Assembly (NCBI GenBank): GCA_017461235.1
Contig: JAFTYU010000009.1
Location: forward strand, 8,177-72,176
DNA from: Clostridia bacterium
GTDB lineage: Bacteria > Bacillota > Clostridia > Oscillospirales > Acutalibacteraceae
DNA: 64,000 bases
Direction of reading: 5' to 3'
Below are positions 1-9,831 of the stretch, in pieces (position 1 is the first letter of the stretch; each line of letters begins with the position of its first letter). Under the pieces are notes generated by a model. The model searched no databases. It was not told the DNA's origin and was given only the letters and a program-made list of their open reading frames with translations. A program made the translations under genes and the position numbers.

Positions 1-91
1 TTAAAATGGTACAAGTGGAACGCACAAGGGCTTCGCAACCGTGGTTACCGCTACCGTCGTGTGCATATAAAACATAGGTTTTTCGGGACAT
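1..91 (-). CDS. polysaccharide pyruvyl transferase-like protein, N-terminal fragment (gene runs off the window start)
   Basis: ATG at 89-91 (minus), 1 nt after the stop of the upstream ABC ATPase gene. Hand translation gives MSRKTYVLYAHDGSGNHGCEALVRSTCTIL, and the GSGNxGCEA motif recalls N-termini of pyruvyl-transferase family proteins. Only 30 codons are visible. Confidence 0.4.
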   Translation of the reverse strand, partial: MSRKTYVLYAHDGSGNHGCEALVRSTCTIL

Positions 92-92
92 T

Positions 93-1382
93 TTATTCAC
101 CTGAAATTCTTAAATCTGTAATTTCGGGAAGCTTAACGCTACCCCACCATTTTTGTTCCCATTCCATATTTTCATTGAAGCCGGGTTTTGTCTCCACTTC
201 AAAGGTGACCGCCTTTTCAACATGATCGTAAAACTGCCAACCGCCATAAGGGTTAACACCATAAAGAACAGGAGTGAGACAGTATCTTCCGGGAACTAAT
301 TGTGTAACATCGGCCTCAAGGGGTATTGTAATCTTTTCTCCTGCTTTACAAGAGAAAAGATTGGGGGCGAGAAGAACTGAAATTGAAGATCCGTCAACTG
401 CAGAAAGTCGGGAACGATAACCGATATTTGTTAAATCTTCCGTAGCTTCAATATCGATTGAAAATCTTAATTTATCACCGACTTTTATTTTCCATATATC
501 AGAATCAAGGACTTTGATGCTTTTTAATTTTACACCGTCAACAAGGCTTGCCTGAGTTCGTTTAAACGATGCTAAATCAACACAAGGCGGTGTTTCGACA
601 CCCTGACCCATATATACCTCTATAGCATCTTCTACATTTCCGTCAAAAATAACTTTACCTTTGCTTAAGACTATACACCTGTCGCAAAGTTGGCGTATGG
701 TATTCATATTATGGCTTACGTAAAGAACTGTTCTGCCGTCAATTTTGGCAGCATCGCGCATTTTATCAAGACATTTTTTCTGGAATGCCATATCACCCAC
801 GGCAAGAACCTCGTCCATAATCATAATCTCGGAGTCGAGATGAGCAGCAACGGAGAAGGCAAGTTTAACATACATACCGCTGGAATATCGCTTGACCGGT
901 GTATCGATGAACTTTTCCATTTCTGCAAATTCTACGATCCTGTCAAATTTCTTGTCGATTTCAGCCTTTGTCATACCGAGAATTGCGCCGTTCATATAAA
1001 CGTTTTCGCGACCTGTAAGCTCGGGATGGAAGCCTGTACCCACTTCAAGCATAGACGCAATTCTTCCGTCGTAAGAGATTTTACCTGCTGTAGGGGCAGT
1101 GACACGGCAAAGGAGCTTCAACAGAGTTGATTTACCTGCGCCGTTATGGCCTATAATGCCCAGAGCTTCTCCTTTTTTTACTTCAAAGGAAATTCCGTCG
1201 AGCGCCATAAATCTGTCGCCTTTGGAAAGGCCTGAAGTATCACCTATTTTGCTGTTGGGATCTTCCTTGTTACGGATTTTCGCCCACAACGACTGTAAAT
1301 CACCCTTAAGTGTACCGCCGCCTATAGCGCCGAGACGATATTCTTTTTGTATGTTTTCAATTTTTATTGCTTGGTTACTCAT
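93..1382 (-). CDS. polysaccharide/teichoic-acid export ABC transporter ATP-binding protein (Wzt/TagH type) with a ~180-aa C-terminal extension
   Basis: Walker A GHNGAGKST, signature YSSGM and Walker B IMIMDE. It lies next to an ABC-2 permease. The C-terminal half has a beta-rich Wzt_C-like profile. Confidence 0.9.
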   Translation of the reverse strand: MSNQAIKIENIQKEYRLGAIGGGTLKGDLQSLWAKIRNKEDPNSKIGDTSGLSKGDRFMALDGISFEVKKGEALGIIGHNGAGKSTLLKLLCRVTAPTAGKISYDGRIASMLEVGTGFHPELTGRENVYMNGAILGMTKAEIDKKFDRIVEFAEMEKFIDTPVKRYSSGMYVKLAFSVAAHLDSEIMIMDEVLAVGDMAFQKKCLDKMRDAAKIDGRTVLYVSHNMNTIRQLCDRCIVLSKGKVIFDGNVEDAIEVYMGQGVETPPCVDLASFKRTQASLVDGVKLKSIKVLDSDIWKIKVGDKLRFSIDIEATEDLTNIGYRSRLSAVDGSSISVLLAPNLFSCKAGEKITIPLEADVTQLVPGRYCLTPVLYGVNPYGGWQFYDHVEKAVTFEVETKPGFNENMEWEQKWWGSVKLPEITDLRISGE

Positions 1383-1396
1383 AAATTTACCTCTTA

Positions 1397-2272
1397 TCAG
1401 ACTGTATCCATAAAGGTTTTTTCAACTTTGCTGAATAATATAATACCTATAAATAATATAACAAGTGTTATTGCCCAGCTTATGCCGTAGAAAATCCACT
1501 CCGGTTCGCCTAAACCTAAATATGCATAACGGAAAAGGTTTACGATAGGTGTGAGCGGGTTTAGCATAATGAGTGTATGATATTTTCCACCCGGGGCAAA
1601 TACAGTCATACTGCCCATATCATAGGCAATGGGGGATGCATACATCCAAAGCTGTGTACCGAAGCCTACAAGCATTGCAAGGTCGCGGTATTTTGTGGTC
1701 AATGCGGAGATAATAATACCGCATCCGAGACTCAATAAAGCTAACTGTAAAATAATGAGCGGCGTCATCAATATGTAGAGATTGGGTTCACAACCCTGAT
1801 CGGTTACTACATAGAAAATCAGGAAGCCAATCATAAATACAAATTGTATTGCAAGGGAAATGAGATTTGAAAGTACCGTGGAAACAGGCATTACCAGTCG
1901 CGGAAAATAAACCTTACCCAATGTATTGCGGTTGGCGACAAAGGTATTTGCCGTTTGTGTAAGACACTGATTGAAATAAGTCCACAGTATTGTACCGGAA
2001 AGATAGAAAATAAATGACGGAACACCATCTGCCGCAAGCCCCGCAATATTACCGAACACAAGGGTGAATACGACAGTTGTAAGAAGTGGCTGTATAACAG
2101 CCCATAGCGGACCTAAAACTGTCTGTTTATACATAGAAACAAAGTTTCTTTTTACAAACAGGAACACAAGGTCACGGTATTGTAACATTTCCTTAAGATG
2201 TAGGTCAAACCAACCGTTTTTAGGTTCAATGACCGTTTGAAATTTTTGTTCTTTGTTGTTCTGAATATCCAT
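1397..2272 (-). CDS. ABC-2 type polysaccharide export permease (Wzm/TagG type)
   Basis: About 6 TM segments and the typical ABC-2 N-terminus (LxxYRDLxxxLVKRxFxxxYKQTxLGxxW). It is adjacent to the ATPase. Confidence 0.9.
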   Translation of the reverse strand: MDIQNNKEQKFQTVIEPKNGWFDLHLKEMLQYRDLVFLFVKRNFVSMYKQTVLGPLWAVIQPLLTTVVFTLVFGNIAGLAADGVPSFIFYLSGTILWTYFNQCLTQTANTFVANRNTLGKVYFPRLVMPVSTVLSNLISLAIQFVFMIGFLIFYVVTDQGCEPNLYILMTPLIILQLALLSLGCGIIISALTTKYRDLAMLVGFGTQLWMYASPIAYDMGSMTVFAPGGKYHTLIMLNPLTPIVNLFRYAYLGLGEPEWIFYGISWAITLVILFIGIILFSKVEKTFMDTV

Positions 2273-2284
2273 AGAATTCTCCGA

Positions 2285-3457
2285 TTAGAAATTTTTATAA
2301 AGTTCGTTTAAATTTTCTGCGTTTTTCGTATTAAAATTTTCTGCCTTTGAGGCTTCGGCAAATTTATTTAAAAGCTCCTTATCCATTGCCACTCTTAAAA
2401 TGGCTTCTGCTAAAGCGTTCGGGTCAGTGTCACAAAGAGCCCCGTTAACCCCGTCGGTTATCTGTTCCTTTGCAGCTGCTTTTGTAGCAACAATGGGAAG
2501 TCCCAGAATTTTAGATTCCATAATAGCTACGCTATGTCCTTCAAATCTGCTGGGTTGAACAGATAAGTGAGCATTTGCGATGTATGGATAAGGATTGGAT
2601 TGCATACCCAAAAGGTGAACGTGCTGCGAAAGACCGAGCGCTTCGATCTGTTCTTTCAGATTCTTTTCTTCGGGACCGCCGCCTACGAAATACCAATTAA
2701 AATCGGTAAAACCTTTTTCAATAAGCACTTTAGCAGATTCGACTGCGATGTCCATACCTTTCGCAGGAGAAAGCCTGCCGCAGGAAACCATATTAAAAGT
2801 ATTTTCAGGGAATTTGACAGATATTGGCTCGGCGCTTCGTTCTAATATACTTTCAACATCTATGATGTTGTTTATTGCGATTATTTTATTTTTATATTCA
2901 GGAATAAAGTCTTTAAGAAGATTGGCCTGTGAAGGTGAAACGGTAATGATTTTTTCACTTTTTTTATAACCGTATTTGTCGTGATACACCCGTCTCATAG
3001 AACCGTGATGGTAAAACATAAGAAATTTATCTGCGGAAATGGCACGGACTGCCGTTTCCGCAACCACATCGCTGTAAATTGCCGCAGTATCAAAATGCTC
3101 GTTTTTCATTTGCTTTTTAATATATGCGGCGTAAAGCTTTGCTTCAGGGGCTTTTAACAAAAAGCAAAGTATCTTCCATATGAGAAGACGGAATTCTGAA
3201 GCATTCTGGGGCTTTTCAAGAAGATGGAAAAGCCGGGAGTATTTATACGGCTCTTTGAACGAAACGGTTTTATCCCGATCAGCAACTATCAATTTACATT
3301 CTTCAGGGATACGGTGTGCCATATCGGTGTAATTATAAAGAATCAGACAGGTGACGTTATACTTATTATAATCTATGTGATTTAAAAGATTTACCAATGC
3401 TGATTCAATACCGCCAATCCAAAGGGCGGTTGAAACAAAAATAATATTCTTTTTCAT
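2285..3457 (-). CDS. glycosyltransferase, GT4 (GT-B) family
   Basis: C-terminal EGHSVAIMESKILGLPIV (EX7E-type) motif, in the glycan locus. Confidence 0.8.
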   Translation of the reverse strand: MKKNIIFVSTALWIGGIESALVNLLNHIDYNKYNVTCLILYNYTDMAHRIPEECKLIVADRDKTVSFKEPYKYSRLFHLLEKPQNASEFRLLIWKILCFLLKAPEAKLYAAYIKKQMKNEHFDTAAIYSDVVAETAVRAISADKFLMFYHHGSMRRVYHDKYGYKKSEKIITVSPSQANLLKDFIPEYKNKIIAINNIIDVESILERSAEPISVKFPENTFNMVSCGRLSPAKGMDIAVESAKVLIEKGFTDFNWYFVGGGPEEKNLKEQIEALGLSQHVHLLGMQSNPYPYIANAHLSVQPSRFEGHSVAIMESKILGLPIVATKAAAKEQITDGVNGALCDTDPNALAEAILRVAMDKELLNKFAEASKAENFNTKNAENLNELYKNF

Positions 3458-3459
3458 TG

Positions 3460-4458
3460 TTATTTTTCAAAGCTGCTTTTTTCAGGCAGTATTTTTTGGA
3501 ATGCATTGCGGATTGTCTGAGAAATTGTATCAAAGTCCACGTCTCCTTCAGGGTCGTTGATACATAACATATCATGCTGTTGATTTTCTATAATGTCACA
3601 GAGAAGACCCACAGTGTGCTCATCTGCGCAGGAAACGAAATTATCGGTACAATAGGGTTCAAAATTACCGCTTGCAACCTGCCACCAGAGCATAATCCAT
3701 TGGTTGAGATCGGAGGCTGTGCGGAATTTGTTTAAAGTTGTTGTTTTTAAAATGTCCGGCTCTTTTTCCCAGACCTCTTCAAAGGTTTTTTTGCAATATG
3801 CACCGGGAGCGTGAAGATTCTCAAACCCGTAAAAGAAATTGGGGAACAATTTCCACAACATCAAAGAGCGGATGTTGTCCTGCCAACGGTAGGCTTTATT
3901 TATGTATTTGTTTTTATAAAGAGAGAATTGAGTACGTTTGTCAAAATTTTTATTTATAACGCCCATATTGTTTGCGACTGCGTGTTGCCAGATACCCACT
4001 TGGCCTATAAATGAAACGGGAACTTCACCACCATAAGTGCAGGGCACACCGTTACGGAAAAAAGCTGTTTCGGGCATGGGACGCAATATAAACATATCGT
4101 CGTTAAAGTAAACAAAGTTTTCTGCAAGATGGGGGATACGGTGAAGGTTGACTTCCAAGGCGTGAGAGCTAAAAGTAGGGAGACTTCCTTCGGGCATAAA
4201 ATCCCGGTGACGGACTATGTTAAGCTTTGGATTATCGGTATCAAGAAACTCCGGAAGGTGTCCCCATGTTACGAAGTGAATTTTGCGGACCCAGGGAGTG
4301 AACTTTTCTATTGCTCTGAACCAATAGGGCATAAGTCCCCAGTCACGGAACCTGTTGGCAGAGTTACTGTCATCGGTCTTTTGCGGAGAGTATTTTGCTT
4401 TTTCACTTTGCCAGGCAGGGTCGTTGCCGTCTACCCAGAGAACAACAAAATCAATCAT
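3460..4458 (-). CDS. Stealth-family hexose-1-phosphate (capsule phosphodiester) transferase
   Basis: CR1-like DFVVLWVDGNDPAW at the N-terminus, CR2-like FVYFNDDMF, and later HAPG and NQW segments. Confidence 0.75.
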   Translation of the reverse strand: MIDFVVLWVDGNDPAWQSEKAKYSPQKTDDSNSANRFRDWGLMPYWFRAIEKFTPWVRKIHFVTWGHLPEFLDTDNPKLNIVRHRDFMPEGSLPTFSSHALEVNLHRIPHLAENFVYFNDDMFILRPMPETAFFRNGVPCTYGGEVPVSFIGQVGIWQHAVANNMGVINKNFDKRTQFSLYKNKYINKAYRWQDNIRSLMLWKLFPNFFYGFENLHAPGAYCKKTFEEVWEKEPDILKTTTLNKFRTASDLNQWIMLWWQVASGNFEPYCTDNFVSCADEHTVGLLCDIIENQQHDMLCINDPEGDVDFDTISQTIRNAFQKILPEKSSFEK

Positions 4459-4477
4459 TTTAAATAGTCCTTCTTTA

Positions 4478-5518
4478 TCAGTTGCCGCGAAGCTTTCTGT
4501 AAAGAAAAGTTTTCTTTACCTTTAGTGCGATTTTGTGGCGAAACTGTATTTTTTTGTGTCTTTTTATGATGCTTTTATAGTTTTCATTAACTAAATCCGA
4601 AATGAGAATATCGTCGGTTTTGTAATCAACCCAACGACTCTTTTTATGGGTTTCACATAAGGCTTTTAATGCTTCAATATCCGCATAATAGCCCTTTTGG
4701 TTGAGAAACATTTTGTAGAGTCTGAATAAAACGTCTTCACCCTGTGGGAAGGACAGATTAAATCTGTTCTTGAGTGAAAGAGTTAATTTATCCATACTCT
4801 CACAGAACGGCTCGAGATAAGCATTTATATCATTAACCCTGTTTATACGGGTATATACACGCATTTCATCTTCCGGTTGATGGTAGTGATATATGGCTTC
4901 GGGATAAAGATAAATTTTATCAGTTTTTTCCAGACAATCAAGAACAAACAGAAAATCCTCCATAAGAAATACATCTTTTTTAAAGAAAATGCCGTTGTCT
5001 TTTACAATCTGCTTTTTGAACATTTTATTACAAGCGGAAGAAAGTGAGTTGTTTTCAAATAATTCGGGAAAATTTTCTGCCCATTGCGTCGGCGTGAAGA
5101 GACCTTCACCCGGATACATAAGCTCATCTCTTCTGTAAACGGAACCGTCTTTGTAATAATCAAAACTCAGGCCAAAAATAATCATATCGGGTGTGTGTTG
5201 TTCACAAAGCTCACACACTTTTTTGAGTGCGTTTTCTTTATATGAGTCATCGGAATCCATAAAAAGAAGATAATTTCCTTTTGCGGCTTCTATACCCAGA
5301 TTACGTGCGGAAGAAACACCGCCGTTTTCTTTACGGATGTAATTGATTTCACTATGCTTTTCTGACAGTGCTTCACATATTTTCGGTGTAGGGTCCGTTG
5401 AACCGTCATCAATAATTATGATTTCAAAACAATCCAGACCGGAATTAAGAACGCTTTTGACAGTTTCTTCAATTGTGTCTGCACAGTTGTATGCAGGAAT
5501 AATCACGCTGTATTTCAT
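4478..5518 (-). CDS. glycosyltransferase, GT2 family
   Basis: MKYSVIIPAYN...IIIIDDGSTD...FMDSDD (DXD). The start overlaps the upstream stop by 4 nt. Confidence 0.85.
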   Translation of the reverse strand: MKYSVIIPAYNCADTIEETVKSVLNSGLDCFEIIIIDDGSTDPTPKICEALSEKHSEINYIRKENGGVSSARNLGIEAAKGNYLLFMDSDDSYKENALKKVCELCEQHTPDMIIFGLSFDYYKDGSVYRRDELMYPGEGLFTPTQWAENFPELFENNSLSSACNKMFKKQIVKDNGIFFKKDVFLMEDFLFVLDCLEKTDKIYLYPEAIYHYHQPEDEMRVYTRINRVNDINAYLEPFCESMDKLTLSLKNRFNLSFPQGEDVLFRLYKMFLNQKGYYADIEALKALCETHKKSRWVDYKTDDILISDLVNENYKSIIKRHKKIQFRHKIALKVKKTFLYRKLRGN

Positions 5519-6627
5519 TGAACTGCAGGAACCTCCCAGAAGAAACGGTAGTTAGTATAGTCATCAACGGCAACATAAATGGGGCCCATTGCGCTTGTAC
5601 TGTAGAACCATATTCCGAATGCCACAAGGAACGCGATAATCATTTTTTTCATTGACGCGTCAAAGATGATTTTCGGTCCCATTCGTAATGGGTAAGCCGG
5701 TTCTTCAAAATCTTCAAAGAGCATGGGGATATAAAGAATAACAAATTGGAAATAGTAGTCGGCAAGACGAGTGAAAACGTTATCGTAACCGCAGAACATC
5801 TGTAAAATAGTAGCAACGCCGATTAACATAAAAAGTGACGAGAAATGCTTTCCTTGGAAACCTTTCATTAACACGCCTACAACAAGTATAAGGCACATCA
5901 TCATAAATCGTGTACCGAGAAAAGTATCAGCAGCAAAGTCCTTGTCGGTGTAATATGCATCTTGCAGAGTGGTTACTATGGGGTTACGGAAAATAAATAT
6001 AAGTGTGGCTGATGCAATGTATCCTATAAGTGTTTTGAAGTTTAATCTCAATTTTGAAATAGGGTATGCCGGAAGGAACGCGATAGCCGGCAAGTGGATA
6101 GTTGTAGCGAGAAGTGTCCATAATATGAAGCTTTTCGGTTTTTTTTCGATGATACTGATGTAAGACAGCATCAATATCGCCATAGCAAGTGATTGTTTAA
6201 CGGCACTGAAACCGAAAACATAGAAACCGAGACAGTTCCACATAAAAAAACTGAGCCACGGTATCGGAGAATATTTGTAAATGAGTATGGCAACGATGAT
6301 TTCTATTATGATTGCTATTATCAGCAGAAATATCTGAAAATCACCGCCGGTCAGGTGGCACACGGCTTTCATTAACCACTGAAAGCCGAAATTTCTGCCT
6401 TCCTGAAAAACCTCTTCACTGAACCAGTTGTAAAATTGGTAGTCGTGAAAAAGATTATTATATTTCATTAAGTCTCCGGTAAGAAACTTATATCGGCAAC
6501 CGCTGACAAAAGCGTGTAACACCGCCATAACTATGATGTACGGTTTTTTAGTTTTATCCTTCTGTGACATTATCATACCGAGAAGTATTACCGCCGCCAC
6601 AAGAATGTAATAAATTGATTTTCCCAT
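5515..6627 (-). CDS. EpsG-family polytopic membrane protein (Wzy-like polymerase candidate)
   Basis: 370 aa with about 10 TM segments, an EpsG-like composition and a glycan-locus position. Confidence 0.6.
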   Translation of the reverse strand: MGKSIYYILVAAVILLGMIMSQKDKTKKPYIIVMAVLHAFVSGCRYKFLTGDLMKYNNLFHDYQFYNWFSEEVFQEGRNFGFQWLMKAVCHLTGGDFQIFLLIIAIIIEIIVAILIYKYSPIPWLSFFMWNCLGFYVFGFSAVKQSLAMAILMLSYISIIEKKPKSFILWTLLATTIHLPAIAFLPAYPISKLRLNFKTLIGYIASATLIFIFRNPIVTTLQDAYYTDKDFAADTFLGTRFMMMCLILVVGVLMKGFQGKHFSSLFMLIGVATILQMFCGYDNVFTRLADYYFQFVILYIPMLFEDFEEPAYPLRMGPKIIFDASMKKMIIAFLVAFGIWFYSTSAMGPIYVAVDDYTNYRFFWEVPAVQ

Positions 6628-6635
6628 AATACTCC

Positions 6636-7748
6636 TTATTTGTTGAGCATTTCTAAAAATAGCTTTTCGGTTTTTTGTGTCAAAAATTCTTTTGAAAACT
6701 CTTGACCGCGTATTGCTGACTTTTCAGCATAATTGTTTATTAAATCGGGATTTTTCAGCATTTTACGTAATCCGTCGGTGAAAGCATCGTCATGGTTTTC
6801 GGTTATAATTCCGTATTCATTTTCACCCAACAACTCATCCATACCGCTACAATCTGTAGTAACAATAGGTTTGCCTAAAATAAGGCTTTCGGTAATGAAG
6901 GTGCTGAATCCTTCGTAGTCTGAAGAACATACAGCTATATCTGCGTTGCGTATAAATGGATAAGGGTTATCCACAAAACCAAACAACCTGATATTTTGAG
7001 AAATATTGTGTTTTTTTATGTATTCTTCTATATCGGGGAGCAGGGCACCGTCACCCAATACCCATAAATCAAAATCAAAACCTTCATTAAGAAGTGTTTT
7101 AACCGTCTTTAAAAGGCGGGGATAGTTCTTCTGCGGCAAAAATCTTCCCACGGTAATGAGAGTAAGTTTGCGCTTGCGTATATCAACGGATAAAGCAGAT
7201 TGTGATTTTGTTTTTATTTCGCTGTCGTCAATGGTGTTATATACAACAACTGTTTCGGGCTCATCGCCGTAAATTTCTTTGAAGCTTTTCTCAACGTTTT
7301 TTGAAACGCAAACAATCCGGTCATATTTGTTGTACCAATCACGGGTTTTGTTTTTGTACGCTTCTACATCGTCGGTATTCTTTTGCAAATCACAATGCAC
7401 CCAGGCCAGTTTCTTTGCTTTTTTATTGGTTGAACCCGCTATTATTTTAGTCGGTGCCGCTTCAAGATAAGCAACTTCAATGTCATAATCGGACTTGATA
7501 TGCAGGGGATAAATTAAGCCTGCCTGTGTTTCAAGTCTGAAAATAATATCTGTAATTTTGTTGCGTGCTTTATAGCAGTATTTGTAATTTATACCGTTGT
7601 TCAGATATTTTTTATGATTTTCTTTAAAGGTAGTCTGAACGGTAATATCAAATTTCTCTGTGTCCATTGAATTAACAAGGTTTCTGAGAACCTTTTCTGC
7701 GCCGCCGCCGCTCAATGTATCAATATAAAAGAGAACTTTAATTTTCAT
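6636..7748 (-). CDS. glycosyltransferase, GT4 family
   Basis: N-terminal GGGAEKV and C-terminal EGFSTFITESLILGKPIV motifs. Confidence 0.85.
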   Translation of the reverse strand: MKIKVLFYIDTLSGGGAEKVLRNLVNSMDTEKFDITVQTTFKENHKKYLNNGINYKYCYKARNKITDIIFRLETQAGLIYPLHIKSDYDIEVAYLEAAPTKIIAGSTNKKAKKLAWVHCDLQKNTDDVEAYKNKTRDWYNKYDRIVCVSKNVEKSFKEIYGDEPETVVVYNTIDDSEIKTKSQSALSVDIRKRKLTLITVGRFLPQKNYPRLLKTVKTLLNEGFDFDLWVLGDGALLPDIEEYIKKHNISQNIRLFGFVDNPYPFIRNADIAVCSSDYEGFSTFITESLILGKPIVTTDCSGMDELLGENEYGIITENHDDAFTDGLRKMLKNPDLINNYAEKSAIRGQEFSKEFLTQKTEKLFLEMLNK

Positions 7749-8829
7749 AGATACGGTACACCTTTTCCATTGCGGTATTTAAGTCAAAACCTGAATTTTT
7801 GAGTTCTTGTGAGTAATCTTTTCCGTTTACCCTTTGTACACATAAAATTTCATCAATCCATTTTTCTTTTTTGTCATTGAGAGAAACGGGATGAATCAAA
7901 TCGGTTAAAAATACATCGGGGGGAACAGTATCGGATATAACGCAGGGCAGCCCGTTTGCCTGAACTTCCAGAATGGATAACGGTAATCCCTCGTAGAGAG
8001 AAGGAAACACAAAAACATCCATAGCACTGAGATAATCCTGAACGTTTGTAGTATTGCCTGTGAAAATAACTTTGTCACTTATTTTAAGCTCCCGTGCCTT
8101 TTCGGAAAGCTTTGTGCGGTCGTCACCGTCACCCACAAGCATTAATACCGCATTGCTGCGTTTTTTTAGTATGGATGGCATAAGCTCCAGAATGAATGCC
8201 TGATTTTTAACTTCTGCCAGTCGTCCCGTATGACCTAAAACGAATTTGTCGGTTAAATCATATTGTGAACGTATTTCATTTCTCTTTGCTTCAGAGAAAG
8301 CAAATGCCTTGGTGTCAATACCGTTGAGAATGAGATTGCCGCGTTTTTTGTAGGCTTTTTCGCCATAAAGTCTTATGCCTGCTTTTTCGCCGCAGGCGAC
8401 AAGGTCCGTGGAGCAGGACAGAATGAGTCTTCGCATAACTCTTTCGTAAAAGGATTTAATAAGTCCGTTTCCGTCAATAAGGGCAGAGTGGGCGTGTGAA
8501 ACACGTACGGGTATTTTCATTTGTTTAGCGGCAAGCATAACCCAGCCGATACTGAACATGGTGTGTGCGTGAACTGCCGTGTAGGGATATTTTGCCATAA
8601 TGGCTTTAAGTTCCCTGAAATATTCGCCGTAATTTTCGGACGGTTCACGGAGCTTGAAAATTTTGCACCCCTTTTCGGTAACCTCTCTGCCGAAATCGCC
8701 TATGTCTTCATCGAATATTATATAATGGGTTTCGTATTCCGCAGGATTGGCGTATAAACCAATGTCGCGACAAACCTTTTCGGCACCGCCTATGGTCAGG
8801 TGGGCTGCTATCTGAAGAATGTATTTCAT
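7738..8829 (-). CDS. glycosyltransferase, GT4 family
   Basis: IGGAEKV near the N-terminus and EGLPLSILEVQANGLPCV near the C-terminus. Confidence 0.85.
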   Translation of the reverse strand: MKYILQIAAHLTIGGAEKVCRDIGLYANPAEYETHYIIFDEDIGDFGREVTEKGCKIFKLREPSENYGEYFRELKAIMAKYPYTAVHAHTMFSIGWVMLAAKQMKIPVRVSHAHSALIDGNGLIKSFYERVMRRLILSCSTDLVACGEKAGIRLYGEKAYKKRGNLILNGIDTKAFAFSEAKRNEIRSQYDLTDKFVLGHTGRLAEVKNQAFILELMPSILKKRSNAVLMLVGDGDDRTKLSEKARELKISDKVIFTGNTTNVQDYLSAMDVFVFPSLYEGLPLSILEVQANGLPCVISDTVPPDVFLTDLIHPVSLNDKKEKWIDEILCVQRVNGKDYSQELKNSGFDLNTAMEKVYRIYEN

Positions 8830-8836
8830 AAAAATC

Positions 8837-9823
8837 CTATCTTGTCAGTACCCACGCCATAGCGTCAAGTACGGGCGTTAATCTGAATTTTACAGGCAAA
8901 CTTATTAGTGTACAGAATTTGCCGGGCGGATAAGTGAACTTATTTTTATTTACTTGCTTGCAATAATCGTTCAGTTCCTTTAATCTTTTAAAATAACCTG
9001 TGCCGTTGCGGTGCAGGTATTTTGCTTTTGTGTAAACTGCACGCATATTATCAAACTGAATAGCCTGAACAAGTAAAGCTTTTTCTGCTTGTGTCAGTTC
9101 TGAGTTTTCAATTATTTCAAAAAGATATTCTTCCGCAATGCGAATCTGGTCGTCAAGGTCGTTGCGTTTCTGACGTGAAAGGGATTCGCCGTTTTCTAAA
9201 CTCACGTAGTAAATCAAATCGCTGACTATGCACCATTTTTTGATATCAAGTGCAAAAACTATGTTGAATGTACGATCTTCGCCCACGTTCAGTTCGGGAT
9301 GAAATCTGAGATGGTTTTTCTCGATAAGACTGCGTTTGTAAACCTTATCTATGGGTTTATTTATGTGTTTTCTGCACATATGCTCTATTATGTGTTCGAA
9401 AATCACATTGTGTTCGCAGGATTCAAAATCGGGAAGAATTCTCGGTTTTGCTTCTTTTCCGTCAGTGTAGTTCTGGGAGAACTGTAATAAATCCCAATCG
9501 TTTTTTTCAAGAGCTTTTTCAATAACCGAAAAGAAGTTGTCATAGACCCAATCGTCGCTGTCAACAAAAACAACGTATTCACCGCGGGCAATATCAAGCC
9601 CTGCGTTTCTTGCTGTTGAAACGCCGCCGTTTTCTTTTTCGATGTATCTGATTTCATCATATTTTTCGGCGTACTCCTTGCAAATTTCACCCGAAGAATC
9701 GGGAGAGCCGTCATTTATAACGATGATTTCAGTATCGTTGTGTGGTTGATTCAATAAACTGTCAAGGCAGCGGCGCAAGGTGATTTCTGCCTTATATACA
9801 GGGATAATTACCGAAAGCTTCAT
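8837..9823 (-). CDS. glycosyltransferase, GT2 family
   Basis: MKLSVIIPVYK...VINDGSPD...VDSDD. The start was moved to the internal ATG (MKLSV) because the longer ORF would overlap the upstream gene. Confidence 0.8.
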   Translation of the reverse strand: MKLSVIIPVYKAEITLRRCLDSLLNQPHNDTEIIVINDGSPDSSGEICKEYAEKYDEIRYIEKENGGVSTARNAGLDIARGEYVVFVDSDDWVYDNFFSVIEKALEKNDWDLLQFSQNYTDGKEAKPRILPDFESCEHNVIFEHIIEHMCRKHINKPIDKVYKRSLIEKNHLRFHPELNVGEDRTFNIVFALDIKKWCIVSDLIYYVSLENGESLSRQKRNDLDDQIRIAEEYLFEIIENSELTQAEKALLVQAIQFDNMRAVYTKAKYLHRNGTGYFKRLKELNDYCKQVNKNKFTYPPGKFCTLISLPVKFRLTPVLDAMAWVLTR

Positions 9824-9831
9824 ATTTTTAC

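Noticed and set aside
6967-6975. Perfect DnaA box TTATCCACA
   Set aside because: It is a single isolated copy inside a glycosyltransferase gene. There is no cluster and no AT-rich unwinding element, so it is not an origin.
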